The notes beneath the pieces were generated by a model. It was given only the letters and a program-made list of their open reading frames with translations. It had not been told where the DNA came from and did not search any database. Both the position numbers and the translations under genes were made by a program. DNA of 64,000 nt from the NCBI GenBank assembly GCA_977017575.1, contig CDRNVI010000044.1, positions 806,001 to 870,000 on the forward strand, in the 5' to 3' direction. Shown piece after piece: positions 1 through 8,570 of the stretch (positions are counted from its first letter, which is position 1; every line of letters starts with the position of its first letter). Origin of the DNA: Paramoeba atlantica. Its lineage: Eukaryota; Protista; Discosea.

Positions 1-327
1 CTCATGTCGAGGCTCGACGTCGCCGAGCCCGACAAAGTCTAAATCCCCGCTGACTTCGAAGAATCCCAGGGAGACGAGACCCCCAAAGAACAGGACATCA
101 AGCTCGTACCCCATGCTGCGGAGTATTTGCTCCAGCTGTCGTCGTGCAATGAGACACTCCGCGTAGGTGCCCTCCCCTGCGTCGCATACTTTGGACTCAT
201 TCAGAATAGCCGTCCCGAGCGCTTTGTAGTACGGACTCCCGCGATCGTGAAGGGTGGGAATTTTCTGTTTTAAGGTAGATTCCCATGGCAGAGCGGAGTG
301 GCGTAAAAGTCGAAAGCAGCGCCTCAT
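1..327 (-). CDS. 5' part (runs off the window) of a mitochondrial non-canonical poly(A) polymerase/TUTase, KPAP1-like
   Basis: Absent from the ORF track because it has no stop in the window. Manual translation from ATG 327: MRRCFRLLRHSALPWESTLKQK...VLFFGGLVSLGFFEVSGDLDFVGLGDVEPRHE. It has the pol-beta NTase signature hG[GS]x11DhDh and an Arg-rich presequence-like N-terminus. Confidence 0.7.
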   Translation of the reverse strand, partial: MRRCFRLLRHSALPWESTLKQKIPTLHDRGSPYYKALGTAILNESKVCDAGEGTYAECLIARRQLEQILRSMGYELDVLFFGGLVSLGFFEVSGDLDFVGLGDVEPRHE

Positions 328-681
328 GTCATGTGAAGTTAAGGGTAAAAAGAAGAAGTAGGTTTATATAAGTTGGAAAGTTAAATCGAACACGCGCTAT
401 GTCTTCCTATTCAATTCTTTGCGATATTATGAAGTCTGTATCCTTCGTAAAGCTTTTACATAGAATGTAAAACCATACTCACGTCTTGTTATTCCTGTCT
501 TAGCAGTGGAATCCAAGGGGACGAATTACGAGCGTCAAGCAAGCATCGCTTAAATTCAATCGCTGAAAACATCTAAAAACGTGAATCCTCTGGATTGTGA
601 ACCGGAATACTACAATTTCTCCTCATGATACGAGTACTACTTAAGAGTACTGCGCAAAAGCATAAATTTGTGCCGAATAGT

Positions 682-3042
682 TCAGGCAGGAAGATTTTCT
701 AATGCTCTCCGTTGCAGATCTTCCAGCTCTTCCGATTGAGAAACCAGTGTGTCTAAGCTGGTCAACTGGTTCCCTAGTATTTCCTTCAGCATAGAGCCCG
801 AAGGCTCACACGAAGCTGATAGTTTTTCGATCGTCGTGGACGGGCGCGCCGCGCTTAGAGATTGGAGTGCATCATAAACTCGGTTATCCAAATATTCAAC
901 CTTACTTGCAATGAGATCAATGTCGTCATAGAGCTGTAAGCGGCGCCGAGTGTTTTCTAAACCTACCTTTTGCTGGAAAGATTGATTATGACTCATGGCT
1001 TCCACCTCTGATTTGACCGTAAGCCCAGATCCATCAGTACCCTCCTGTACTCCAGCTTCAGCGAGCATTGCGCCGTACGGTTGTTTGATTTCTTCAGTCA
1101 ATCGGCTTGTTTCGCCCTCTAATTTCTCCTCCAATTTCTCCAATAGCCCGATCTCATCCACCAAATTCACTTGTCTGTCGTGTAGACTTTTTATGACTTC
1201 CTGTACATTAAGTAAAGTATCTCCCTTCGAAACAATGTATTGATCCCATTGCTGCACAATCTTACACCAATTCTGGAACTGTTCCGTATCAGCTGAGAAG
1301 TTGGTATCCCAGTCGGTCAAAATTTGTCCCAGAGTGCGTCCTTGTAACCGATCATCTAACAAACTTGTATCCGATCTGGTACTCTTCACTGCGGTGCTGG
1401 GCGCTGACGGCGTAGTACTGAGTGTTGTCCCGGCGCCCCCAAAGCCGAAACCGCCTGACAGAGCTTTCGGCGGATCCGTAGAGCTTCCCGTAGACCCTAT
1501 TCCTGGTTTGTGTGCCGTGCCTTCCGATCCGACAGTTTTCGTCACATTCATGGAGGTACTTGGAAACGTACCAGTCCCCGAGGAAGTGGTTGAGCTGCCT
1601 AACAAACTAGTCGCACCAGTGGACTTAGCAGAATCACTCGTTAGGGGCGGTGGTTGTGGTATACTCGGAGCACTGACCGATGCACCAGGAAAAGTAGGCA
1701 TCGCCGGGACAGAAGCTGTAGCACTTGGTGCCATGGCGAACGTACTGGTCACGGCAGGAGTCGTCGTTGACGCAGCGGGCTGTGCCCCGAATGGATTCGC
1801 ATTTGTCACACTTGAAGTAGGCTTGTTGGTGTCCTGTGGGGTAAAACCGAAGGCATTCTTCGCCGCACCCGCAGATTGGATCTCTGATTTGCCGGCAATC
1901 GTCCCGATCTGGGACGGTTGCGATGCCCCCCACGCGGGCTTGTCAGCTGAAGCACTATTTGTACCAGCGGGCGAGGAACCAAGTGTCCAGGAGACCCCAC
2001 CTGAGGCCTTCATGGGTTGCGAAGTGGATACTGCACCTAGGAGCGTACCGCCACCAAACGGCGTAGCGGAGGAGGCCGCCGTCGCTGTACCACTGGTCGC
2101 AGACCCCGCACTTAACCCGGAGGGTGCTGGCCAGGTCCCGGAGGTGCCGGTACCCCCCGCCGAACTCCCCGTCTTGGGTGCCCCCCACAACGAACCCGGC
2201 GCGCTTTGGGACGCCGTCCCAGACGTCCCACCCACCCCTCCCCATCCTGCTTTGACCTCTCCCAACCCTGTACCTGGGACAGAAGGTCCCGTAGAAGACG
2301 CGAACCCCCCCGTTGTCCCCGTGGTCGTGGCTGGGGTTCCTGTCGCTGTACTCCCCCATGATGGACCACTCCCCGTGGTCGTCATCCCCCCCACAGATCC
2401 ACTAGCTCCTGTTGTTGAACCCCCGCCTACGCCTTCTCTTGCTCCACTCCCCCAAGAGAGTGAGGACCCGGTCGGGGGTACCGGCTGAATGGAAGCCCCG
2501 GTTGAAGCCCCGGTTGGGGCATTCCAGGCCAGCGCTGCGGGTTGTGTCACTTTCGCGGCGGCTCCCCAGGGCGTAGTGCTGGCACTGAACGGTGCGGATG
2601 CTGAAGTCGTAGAGCCCCAGCCCGTGGGAGGGGCCGTAGCTGAGGCTGTAGGTTGAGAGGTTACTAAGGGAGCCACCGCCGTCGTACTCGTCGTCGCGCC
2701 CCAGGGATGGGAGGTGGTAGAGGTACTCGCGGGGGTGGGGGGAGGAGCAGCGGAAGAAGAGGAGGAGAGGGTTGGGTTGGAAAGGGCTGGAGCTGAACCC
2801 CAGGGGTTGCTCGTGGTCCCCGTTGAGGGGGGTGGGTTGGCAGAGTTCGAGGTAGACCCGCCCCAGGGAGGTGGGGTGGGTGCGGAGGAGAGGGCACTGC
2901 CCCAGGAGAGGGTAGTACCTGAGGTCGGGAAGGAGGAGGGGGCGGTGGGGGTTTGTGTGGGAGGGGCGGTGGGGTTCCATGGATTTCCAGGCTTGGGTTG
3001 GGTACCCCAGGGGCTGGGAGAGGGTTGGGGAAACCCAGACAT
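682..3042 (-). CDS. NUP62: Nucleoporin Nup62/Nsp1 (repeat domain plus Nsp1_C coiled coil)
   Basis: Ser/Thr/Gly/Pro-rich repeat region with WG/FG motifs, followed by the Nsp1_C-like segment LQGRTLGQILTDWDTNFSADTEQFQNWCKIVQQWDQYIV and coiled coils. Confidence 0.85.
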   Translation of the reverse strand: MSGFPQPSPSPWGTQPKPGNPWNPTAPPTQTPTAPSSFPTSGTTLSWGSALSSAPTPPPWGGSTSNSANPPPSTGTTSNPWGSAPALSNPTLSSSSSAAPPPTPASTSTTSHPWGATTSTTAVAPLVTSQPTASATAPPTGWGSTTSASAPFSASTTPWGAAAKVTQPAALAWNAPTGASTGASIQPVPPTGSSLSWGSGAREGVGGGSTTGASGSVGGMTTTGSGPSWGSTATGTPATTTGTTGGFASSTGPSVPGTGLGEVKAGWGGVGGTSGTASQSAPGSLWGAPKTGSSAGGTGTSGTWPAPSGLSAGSATSGTATAASSATPFGGGTLLGAVSTSQPMKASGGVSWTLGSSPAGTNSASADKPAWGASQPSQIGTIAGKSEIQSAGAAKNAFGFTPQDTNKPTSSVTNANPFGAQPAASTTTPAVTSTFAMAPSATASVPAMPTFPGASVSAPSIPQPPPLTSDSAKSTGATSLLGSSTTSSGTGTFPSTSMNVTKTVGSEGTAHKPGIGSTGSSTDPPKALSGGFGFGGAGTTLSTTPSAPSTAVKSTRSDTSLLDDRLQGRTLGQILTDWDTNFSADTEQFQNWCKIVQQWDQYIVSKGDTLLNVQEVIKSLHDRQVNLVDEIGLLEKLEEKLEGETSRLTEEIKQPYGAMLAEAGVQEGTDGSGLTVKSEVEAMSHNQSFQQKVGLENTRRRLQLYDDIDLIASKVEYLDNRVYDALQSLSAARPSTTIEKLSASCEPSGSMLKEILGNQLTSLDTLVSQSEELEDLQRRALENLPA

Positions 3043-3060
3043 GGGGACAGAAGGGCTTAA
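2050..3060. other. GC-rich skew-inversion island 1 (C-rich left, G-rich right on +)
   Basis: C-runs ~2140-2460 and G-runs ~2700-3060. Boundaries approximate. Confidence 0.7.
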
Positions 3061-3243
3061 ATGAGAGTAAAGTCAGCATTGGTAAGTAAGAATATTCAGT
3101 AGAGTAGACAAATACTAGAAAATTCACAATAACGAAATAGTTCCAATTATGGTTGGGGTTCTGTTCCGTTCGGCCGAACATTTTGTGGCCTTCTTACACA
3201 TCATATGCCTGGAAGAATTACCTTTCGGGACATATGCGCTCCA

Positions 3244-3819
3244 CTAAGAGATATCATTAGACTCATGTGAAAAATGATCTGCGGAGGCTTCACGTAGCTT
3301 TTCATAAGCTGTACAGTATTTCCTCAGTTTATTTTCTGTAAGCTGGTATGGATTGTGTTTCAGATCATAAAACATTGCACGGTAATCTTGACCATGTATT
3401 TTTATTAGCTCTGCAAGCCATGCGCACATTCCGGAGGAAAAATGTGGGAGCTTCGCCTTGCGTTGCTCACACTCAAAGTCCAGGTGTATGTTATCTTCAC
3501 TTGCTTCCCTTTTTACACCTTTAGTCGCAAGAGACACATCGCTCATTTCATCATTTACTACTTGTGCAGTTTTCTGACGAGCATGTGACAAATCTTGACG
3601 TGTCATGACGGAGCATTGCATGCCCAGGACACTATAAGCCGCTTTTGTGGACTTACGCTCTAGACATCGGGGTGCCAAATATGTTCTTGAAAGCTCATTG
3701 TCTTTTGAGAGATGGCGCAGTATCTTTTCTTCTGCGTGGCGCTTGGAGCGGTGAGCCTTCGTTCGGACGTTAATAATCCGCTTCGCTCGACGAGTTCTCT
3801 TCCCTCGAATTCCTGTCAT
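3244..3819 (-). CDS. NOP16: Ribosome biogenesis protein Nop16
   Basis: C-terminal WLAELIKIHGQDYRAMFYDLKHNPYQLTENKLRK motif and basic N-terminus. Start moved to MTGIRGKRTRR (ATG 3819) rather than the track start 3972. Confidence 0.8.
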   Translation of the reverse strand: MTGIRGKRTRRAKRIINVRTKAHRSKRHAEEKILRHLSKDNELSRTYLAPRCLERKSTKAAYSVLGMQCSVMTRQDLSHARQKTAQVVNDEMSDVSLATKGVKREASEDNIHLDFECEQRKAKLPHFSSGMCAWLAELIKIHGQDYRAMFYDLKHNPYQLTENKLRKYCTAYEKLREASADHFSHESNDIS

Positions 3820-4032
3820 TGTATAAGAGAGTGCTAAAATCAACCCTAAAGTAGAAAATTGGAAATACACGACGTCTGGAATACTTTTTAGGACGGATTT
3901 TTTTACTGGATTTAGGCAATCCGGTATGATCATACTCGTTATTATCATTGCCTTGTACCTTATTATTGCCATCGTGCGTAATACTAAAATGTGGTGACAC
4001 CATCTACATACGATTAAAACCGTGCTTGCATA

Positions 4033-5874
4033 TTAGTTTTCTCCATCCACCCTTTTCAACCAAAGCAATATTCTGGAGCTGACTACTGCAGTCACACGGT
4101 TATCATGGTTCATCCAAATAGATAAAGTTCCTTTAGCCAATCCCATCTGCTTCGCTGCCTCCTGATATGTAATGTTTTTGCTGACTAAGTGCCGACGCAC
4201 CTTCTGACGAAGTATGTTTAGATGAGAAAAAACGGTAAGATATTGTTCTGGGGGAACTGTAAGGCTTTGAGAATCCGCATCGCTCGCCTGATAGGTTATG
4301 TCGATATCGTTTGGAGGCACTGTAATAGGAATTGGCCCTTCACAAGCATTAATGCCATCCCATCTTCGGTGTATTTCATTTAGAGACTGAATTTCGTTGA
4401 TGTACGGTACCCTGCCTTGATGTAGGGCTTTGATAAAACACAGACAAGTGATGTTATCCGCTGGAACGTATAGGGACGGATCATTTACTTTAACTAAGGA
4501 GTCTCGTGATCTGCAGTCTGTGGCCCATGGCGCGGGTTGACCAAAGCCAACCACGTATTTAATAAATGGGCGTCTTGTGTGAAAACTAGTTGCTGCATTC
4601 GTATTACATGAAGATTGTCTTCCCTCTGACTCGTTATTTCGGTTTTCTAAGCAAAGTGTTCTGCGCCGTTTACGACTCTCTATTCTTATCGGAAGTTTCA
4701 TAGTTTTTCCTGAGGAAGTGCGTCCTCTCTTTTCTCGGCACGAGGTAGTTGCTCTACCACAAAAGCACCACACTAGTAAAGGTAGTTCCGTACTCAAAAG
4801 TTCAAGTTCTGAGCTAGACAGATGATTAAAAAATCTCCCCCTACATTCTTCGGGAACCTTCAACAAGAACTCCGTATTGTACACTATGTTCCAACGGTAA
4901 CCACTGTGAAAATGCCGCAGACTTTTGTTTTCTCGAGTCCACCGGTGCACACTGTCCCGTGTCGGCACCATAACGTGGGACGCAGCACCCTTTATATTCT
5001 CATCATGTGGAAATCTTGGCAGGCTACTCCAACTTCCGTGATACTGATAAAGCAGACCATTTTCATCACGGTTCTGTAATCTAGCTGGGTGATGTTCATA
5101 TGCTGGAATATCGCGCAGCTTAGGCATACCAATGTATGAGTAGCCAAGAAGAATTCCACGTAGAACGTTGGGTGACAAAAACACGCTTTCTTCCGTAAGG
5201 AGAGCTACGGTAGTGGATAAGGAATCCTCGCAGACATGCAGAGGACAAAGTCTGTCATTGTCGTGTTTGGTTTGTAACGCAGCACTCTGTAGTTGTGCAG
5301 TTAATAGCTGGCAATTGTTTACCATGCACATGTCAAGTCGATGCACGTGATATAAAGCGACCTGCGAACTGCATCGTTTAGGAAGAGGTGGTTTTCGTAC
5401 GGCACGCTCCGATATTTCCAAAACTTCACTACCGCCCCACGATCTTAAGCCCTTGATATTGTAAGTACCGTGGGGAACTATCTCGCGGATAATCCATGCA
5501 TAATGATGGTAGGAGGGAGGTCGTAGAGTGGAACATTTCGACTCACACCGAAGTAAATTAATTTCAAACTCGTCCCGGTAGACGCGTTCGTAAACACGAA
5601 AGAAATGACCCCCCATACGTCTCTTCATAAATCTGGGCTGTGTCTCGCAAAAGAACAGCATACCATGTACTAATGATGTGGGGAGCACGGCGTGTGGGTG
5701 TAGGTAGTACGGGCTGTTTAAAGGACTAGATGAAGTTGTTTGCACCGCAATCCCACTCCGCATGACGGCGACGTACTGTTCCGGATTCAGAATACCCAAT
5801 TCTAAAACAAAGCTTGCGGAATCCGGGCGATATGCCTCTAAGGACGTTTCAGACACAATACACGATGATAACAT
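4033..5874 (-). CDS. Hypothetical protein with C-terminal lambda-repressor-like (XRE/HNF1-POU-like) helix-turn-helix
   Basis: 613-aa ORF in the local gene orientation. C-terminus LRQKVRRHLVSKNITYQEAAKQMGLAKGTLSIWMN fits an HTH pattern; the rest is unrecognised. Confidence 0.55.
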   Translation of the reverse strand: MLSSCIVSETSLEAYRPDSASFVLELGILNPEQYVAVMRSGIAVQTTSSSPLNSPYYLHPHAVLPTSLVHGMLFFCETQPRFMKRRMGGHFFRVYERVYRDEFEINLLRCESKCSTLRPPSYHHYAWIIREIVPHGTYNIKGLRSWGGSEVLEISERAVRKPPLPKRCSSQVALYHVHRLDMCMVNNCQLLTAQLQSAALQTKHDNDRLCPLHVCEDSLSTTVALLTEESVFLSPNVLRGILLGYSYIGMPKLRDIPAYEHHPARLQNRDENGLLYQYHGSWSSLPRFPHDENIKGAASHVMVPTRDSVHRWTRENKSLRHFHSGYRWNIVYNTEFLLKVPEECRGRFFNHLSSSELELLSTELPLLVWCFCGRATTSCREKRGRTSSGKTMKLPIRIESRKRRRTLCLENRNNESEGRQSSCNTNAATSFHTRRPFIKYVVGFGQPAPWATDCRSRDSLVKVNDPSLYVPADNITCLCFIKALHQGRVPYINEIQSLNEIHRRWDGINACEGPIPITVPPNDIDITYQASDADSQSLTVPPEQYLTVFSHLNILRQKVRRHLVSKNITYQEAAKQMGLAKGTLSIWMNHDNRVTAVVSSRILLWLKRVDGEN

Positions 5875-6258
5875 GATTCCTTTTGCATCGAAAAATAGAA
5901 AATTGAGTAAGCCAACCTATGAAAATTTAAATATACTGTAAATTGGCGAAAATGTTACTATCGAGCACAGTGTAGAAGCTCTTAAAATTCATCTCTTATT
6001 CGCCCTTAAAATTCATTTTTTTTTGAACGACCAATAGTGGTTAATACAATTACGAGCAGCACAACATATAAGCTTTCCTTCTACGAATTTCAAACAAGTA
6101 ACATTTTTATTGACTCAAAGAAATGATGCGAACAAGCCGCGCCTCAAAGGGCATAGGCTATCAATCACTATAAGATGTGCAAAATTCCCGAAGTTGAAGA
6201 CGAAGTAGACAACTGAAGTCACTTACATAGAATCTGTATTCCAGTGAGGTAGTCAAAG

Positions 6259-7233
6259 CTATTTCGATCCCCAGGTCACCGACAACAAAGCTCCCTGGAA
6301 GGGATGTTTGTTCAACTTCTCCAACGCCTTCTCCGCCTCCGACACTTTTGTAAACGTCACAAATGCGTATCCTTTATTCCTCTGCGTCGCCACCCCAGTA
6401 TTCGGATCCCTTTCCGTCACCATCGGAACATACACTCGTTGCACCCGCCCAATTTTCGCACACAACAACCGCAGTGCCTCCTCATTCGTATCCTCGCTCA
6501 AATTCGACACCCGCAATGCCGTCACCTCCGCATTATCATGCATCGTAGCCCCCTCCTTCCCTCGCGCACGGTACACCCCGGCCTTTGCACCACTCAACGG
6601 TGAGCCCTCCCCCCCATCCCCCCCTCGACCCACCCCTTTCCCTCCCCCACTCTCCTTGCTCCCCCCTCCCCCACTCTGCTCCATCCGCTTCAACTGCTCC
6701 ACCCGCGTCGCCTCCCGCGCGAACGCGGCCTCGAGCTCATCCAACGCTCGTGAGGTCATACGCTCCGCACTCCCCCCGGCGCCCACCTCCCCTATGCGCC
6801 CCCCACTCCCCCCCGCGTCTCCCGTCCCCCCGGCTCCCCGCCTCCCCTCCTGGCGGAGCACCAGCACGGGGGGGTTCGCGGGGACGGAGGTGAGACTCTC
6901 CATATTCGCGTCGGTGGCGCGACCAAAGGGTTTCCACGCGTTCTGTCGTCGCTGCGCCGCTGGGGTTTGGACCTCCGTGCGGGGCACACGACGCAGCAGG
7001 GTTCGCTTCTTCACACGGGCCCCCTCCGGGGTGTACTCGGTGTGGATGGAGAGGATGGTGCCGTCGGGGTTGGTGAGCTCGGAGGCCCCGGGGGCGGGGA
7101 TGATTTTGGTCCCGAGACGGAGCTGGGGGGGAGACTCGGGGTGGGGTGCGGGGGTGGGGGAGGAGGGGTGCGAAGCGTACGAAGAGGCGACGGTGTTGGG
7201 GATAATGGGATCGAGTGGAGGGGGGAGGGTCAT
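6259..7233 (-). CDS. EIF3G: Translation initiation factor eIF3 subunit g
   Basis: N-terminal eIF3g region (RRQNAWKPFGRA) and C-terminal RRM (ALRVSNLSEDT...KGYAFVTF...LSVTWG). Start probably MTLPPP at 7233 (track start 7356). Confidence 0.85.
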   Translation of the reverse strand: MTLPPPLDPIIPNTVASSYASHPSSPTPAPHPESPPQLRLGTKIIPAPGASELTNPDGTILSIHTEYTPEGARVKKRTLLRRVPRTEVQTPAAQRRQNAWKPFGRATDANMESLTSVPANPPVLVLRQEGRRGAGGTGDAGGSGGRIGEVGAGGSAERMTSRALDELEAAFAREATRVEQLKRMEQSGGGGSKESGGGKGVGRGGDGGEGSPLSGAKAGVYRARGKEGATMHDNAEVTALRVSNLSEDTNEEALRLLCAKIGRVQRVYVPMVTERDPNTGVATQRNKGYAFVTFTKVSEAEKALEKLNKHPFQGALLSVTWGSK

Positions 7234-7340
7234 GGTGGTGGTGGGGGGGGATGTGGGGAAGAGGGTAGGGAGGTGAAAGGTGGTGTTAAGAGGGGACAGA
7301 GGAGGGTTCTTAAAGCGTAAAGATGGTATGGAGAAAGTAG
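6300..7340. other. GC-rich skew-inversion island 2
   Basis: C-runs ~6560-6850 and G-runs ~6870-7300. A G4-type motif GGGGTGCGGGGGTGGGGGAGGAGGGG lies near 7143. Confidence 0.75.
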
Positions 7341-7727
7341 GGTACTCCCCGGTCACTACTGTCGTAAGAAAGATAATCTCAAAAACAAATTACTCTACCC
7401 CTTCAAGGCCTTTAATAAATGAGAGATCTCGCGTGATCTCTTTTTGGGCCTCACCCGAAGCCCCTCTACTGTGTTCCTTTCTACTTTTTCACTGTTTTTC
7501 TTCACTTTTTTTAAATAATCGAGAGTAGAGCGGTAGTTATGTACAACCTCAACAATAATAATAATCCGAGAAAATATCATTCTAGAAGCTTGTCTCAATC
7601 AATATGAATCGCAGGGACAGTAGTGTCTTGCTGGTGGTTCAGGAGCATACGGCGAAAAATACGCGTTGCGTTCCGCACAACAAACTTGAAATCTGCGCTG
7701 CCTTTGTAGGATCAGTCGTACGTATTT

Positions 7728-8294
7728 TCACCGTCCATGCATGTAGAGCCGAGAGGCCACTGTGTCCACAAGCCAGTTCAAGCCTTCAAGTATCCCCTCG
7801 CCTGTGTACGCACTACAAGAGACAACGTAGATGGGTCGAGAATTGGGCCTACTGAGCTCATCGAACTGTAACGCATGCATAATACGGTCACGTGTCCAGG
7901 CTCCAGGTATGTCCTGCTTGTTCGCAAACACCACTAGGGGCGCACTCGCAAGTCTTTCTTCGGATAGTATTTCGGAGAGTTCTCGGCGACTATCTTGAAG
8001 GCGGGAGATGTCTGTGCTGTCAATCACCCATAAAATACCGTCGGTGCGCTCGAAATAGTTCTTCCAGTACATTCTTAGGCACTCCTGTCCTCCCACGTCC
8101 CAGACATTTAGCATGTAGCCATTTTGGGCTATGCTGCGAATGCTGAAGCCAAACGTCGGACTTACGGCAAGGACATCCTCCTTCATAATTCGTTTTAAAA
8201 CCGTGGTCTTTCCAGCGTTGTCCAGACCTAAGAGGAGAAGTCGCATTTCCTTCTCTTTGGCTTTAATTTTTCGTATTTGCGTGAGAAACCCCAT
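7728..8294 (-). CDS. ARL2: ADP-ribosylation factor-like GTPase Arl2
   Basis: MGFLTQIRKIKAKEKEMRLLLLGLDNAGKTT, WDVGGQ, YWKNYFERTDG, ANKQD. ATG at 8294 gives 188 aa. Confidence 0.92.
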   Translation of the reverse strand: MGFLTQIRKIKAKEKEMRLLLLGLDNAGKTTVLKRIMKEDVLAVSPTFGFSIRSIAQNGYMLNVWDVGGQECLRMYWKNYFERTDGILWVIDSTDISRLQDSRRELSEILSEERLASAPLVVFANKQDIPGAWTRDRIMHALQFDELSRPNSRPIYVVSCSAYTGEGILEGLNWLVDTVASRLYMHGR

Positions 8295-8570
8295 AGCAAT
8301 TCTCGAGACGAATAAGGTTGACAATAACAAATTCTCGTTGCGTATTACATTCGAGATAAGGAAGTCAGCAGAAAAATGTATAAAATGACACCAATATACT
8401 GTGAGCGGTAATACTGTACTACTCACCAAGTCTCGGAAAATAATAAAGCTATAGGTGAAGAAATGAAAAATGAACAATCAATGCATAAAAACAAGGTTCT
8501 AATATTCCGGTTAAGGTGTGCTAATGGACTGTGATCGCACCGCTAGATGCAGTGTTTGAGTAATATTGAC

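Noticed and set aside
1301-2488. 395-aa plus-strand ORF (and 2714-3064)
   Set aside because: Antisense shadow of the low-complexity, GC-rich Nup62 repeat region; no domain.
6308-7276. 322-aa plus-strand ORF
   Set aside because: Antisense shadow of eIF3g in a stop-poor GC island.
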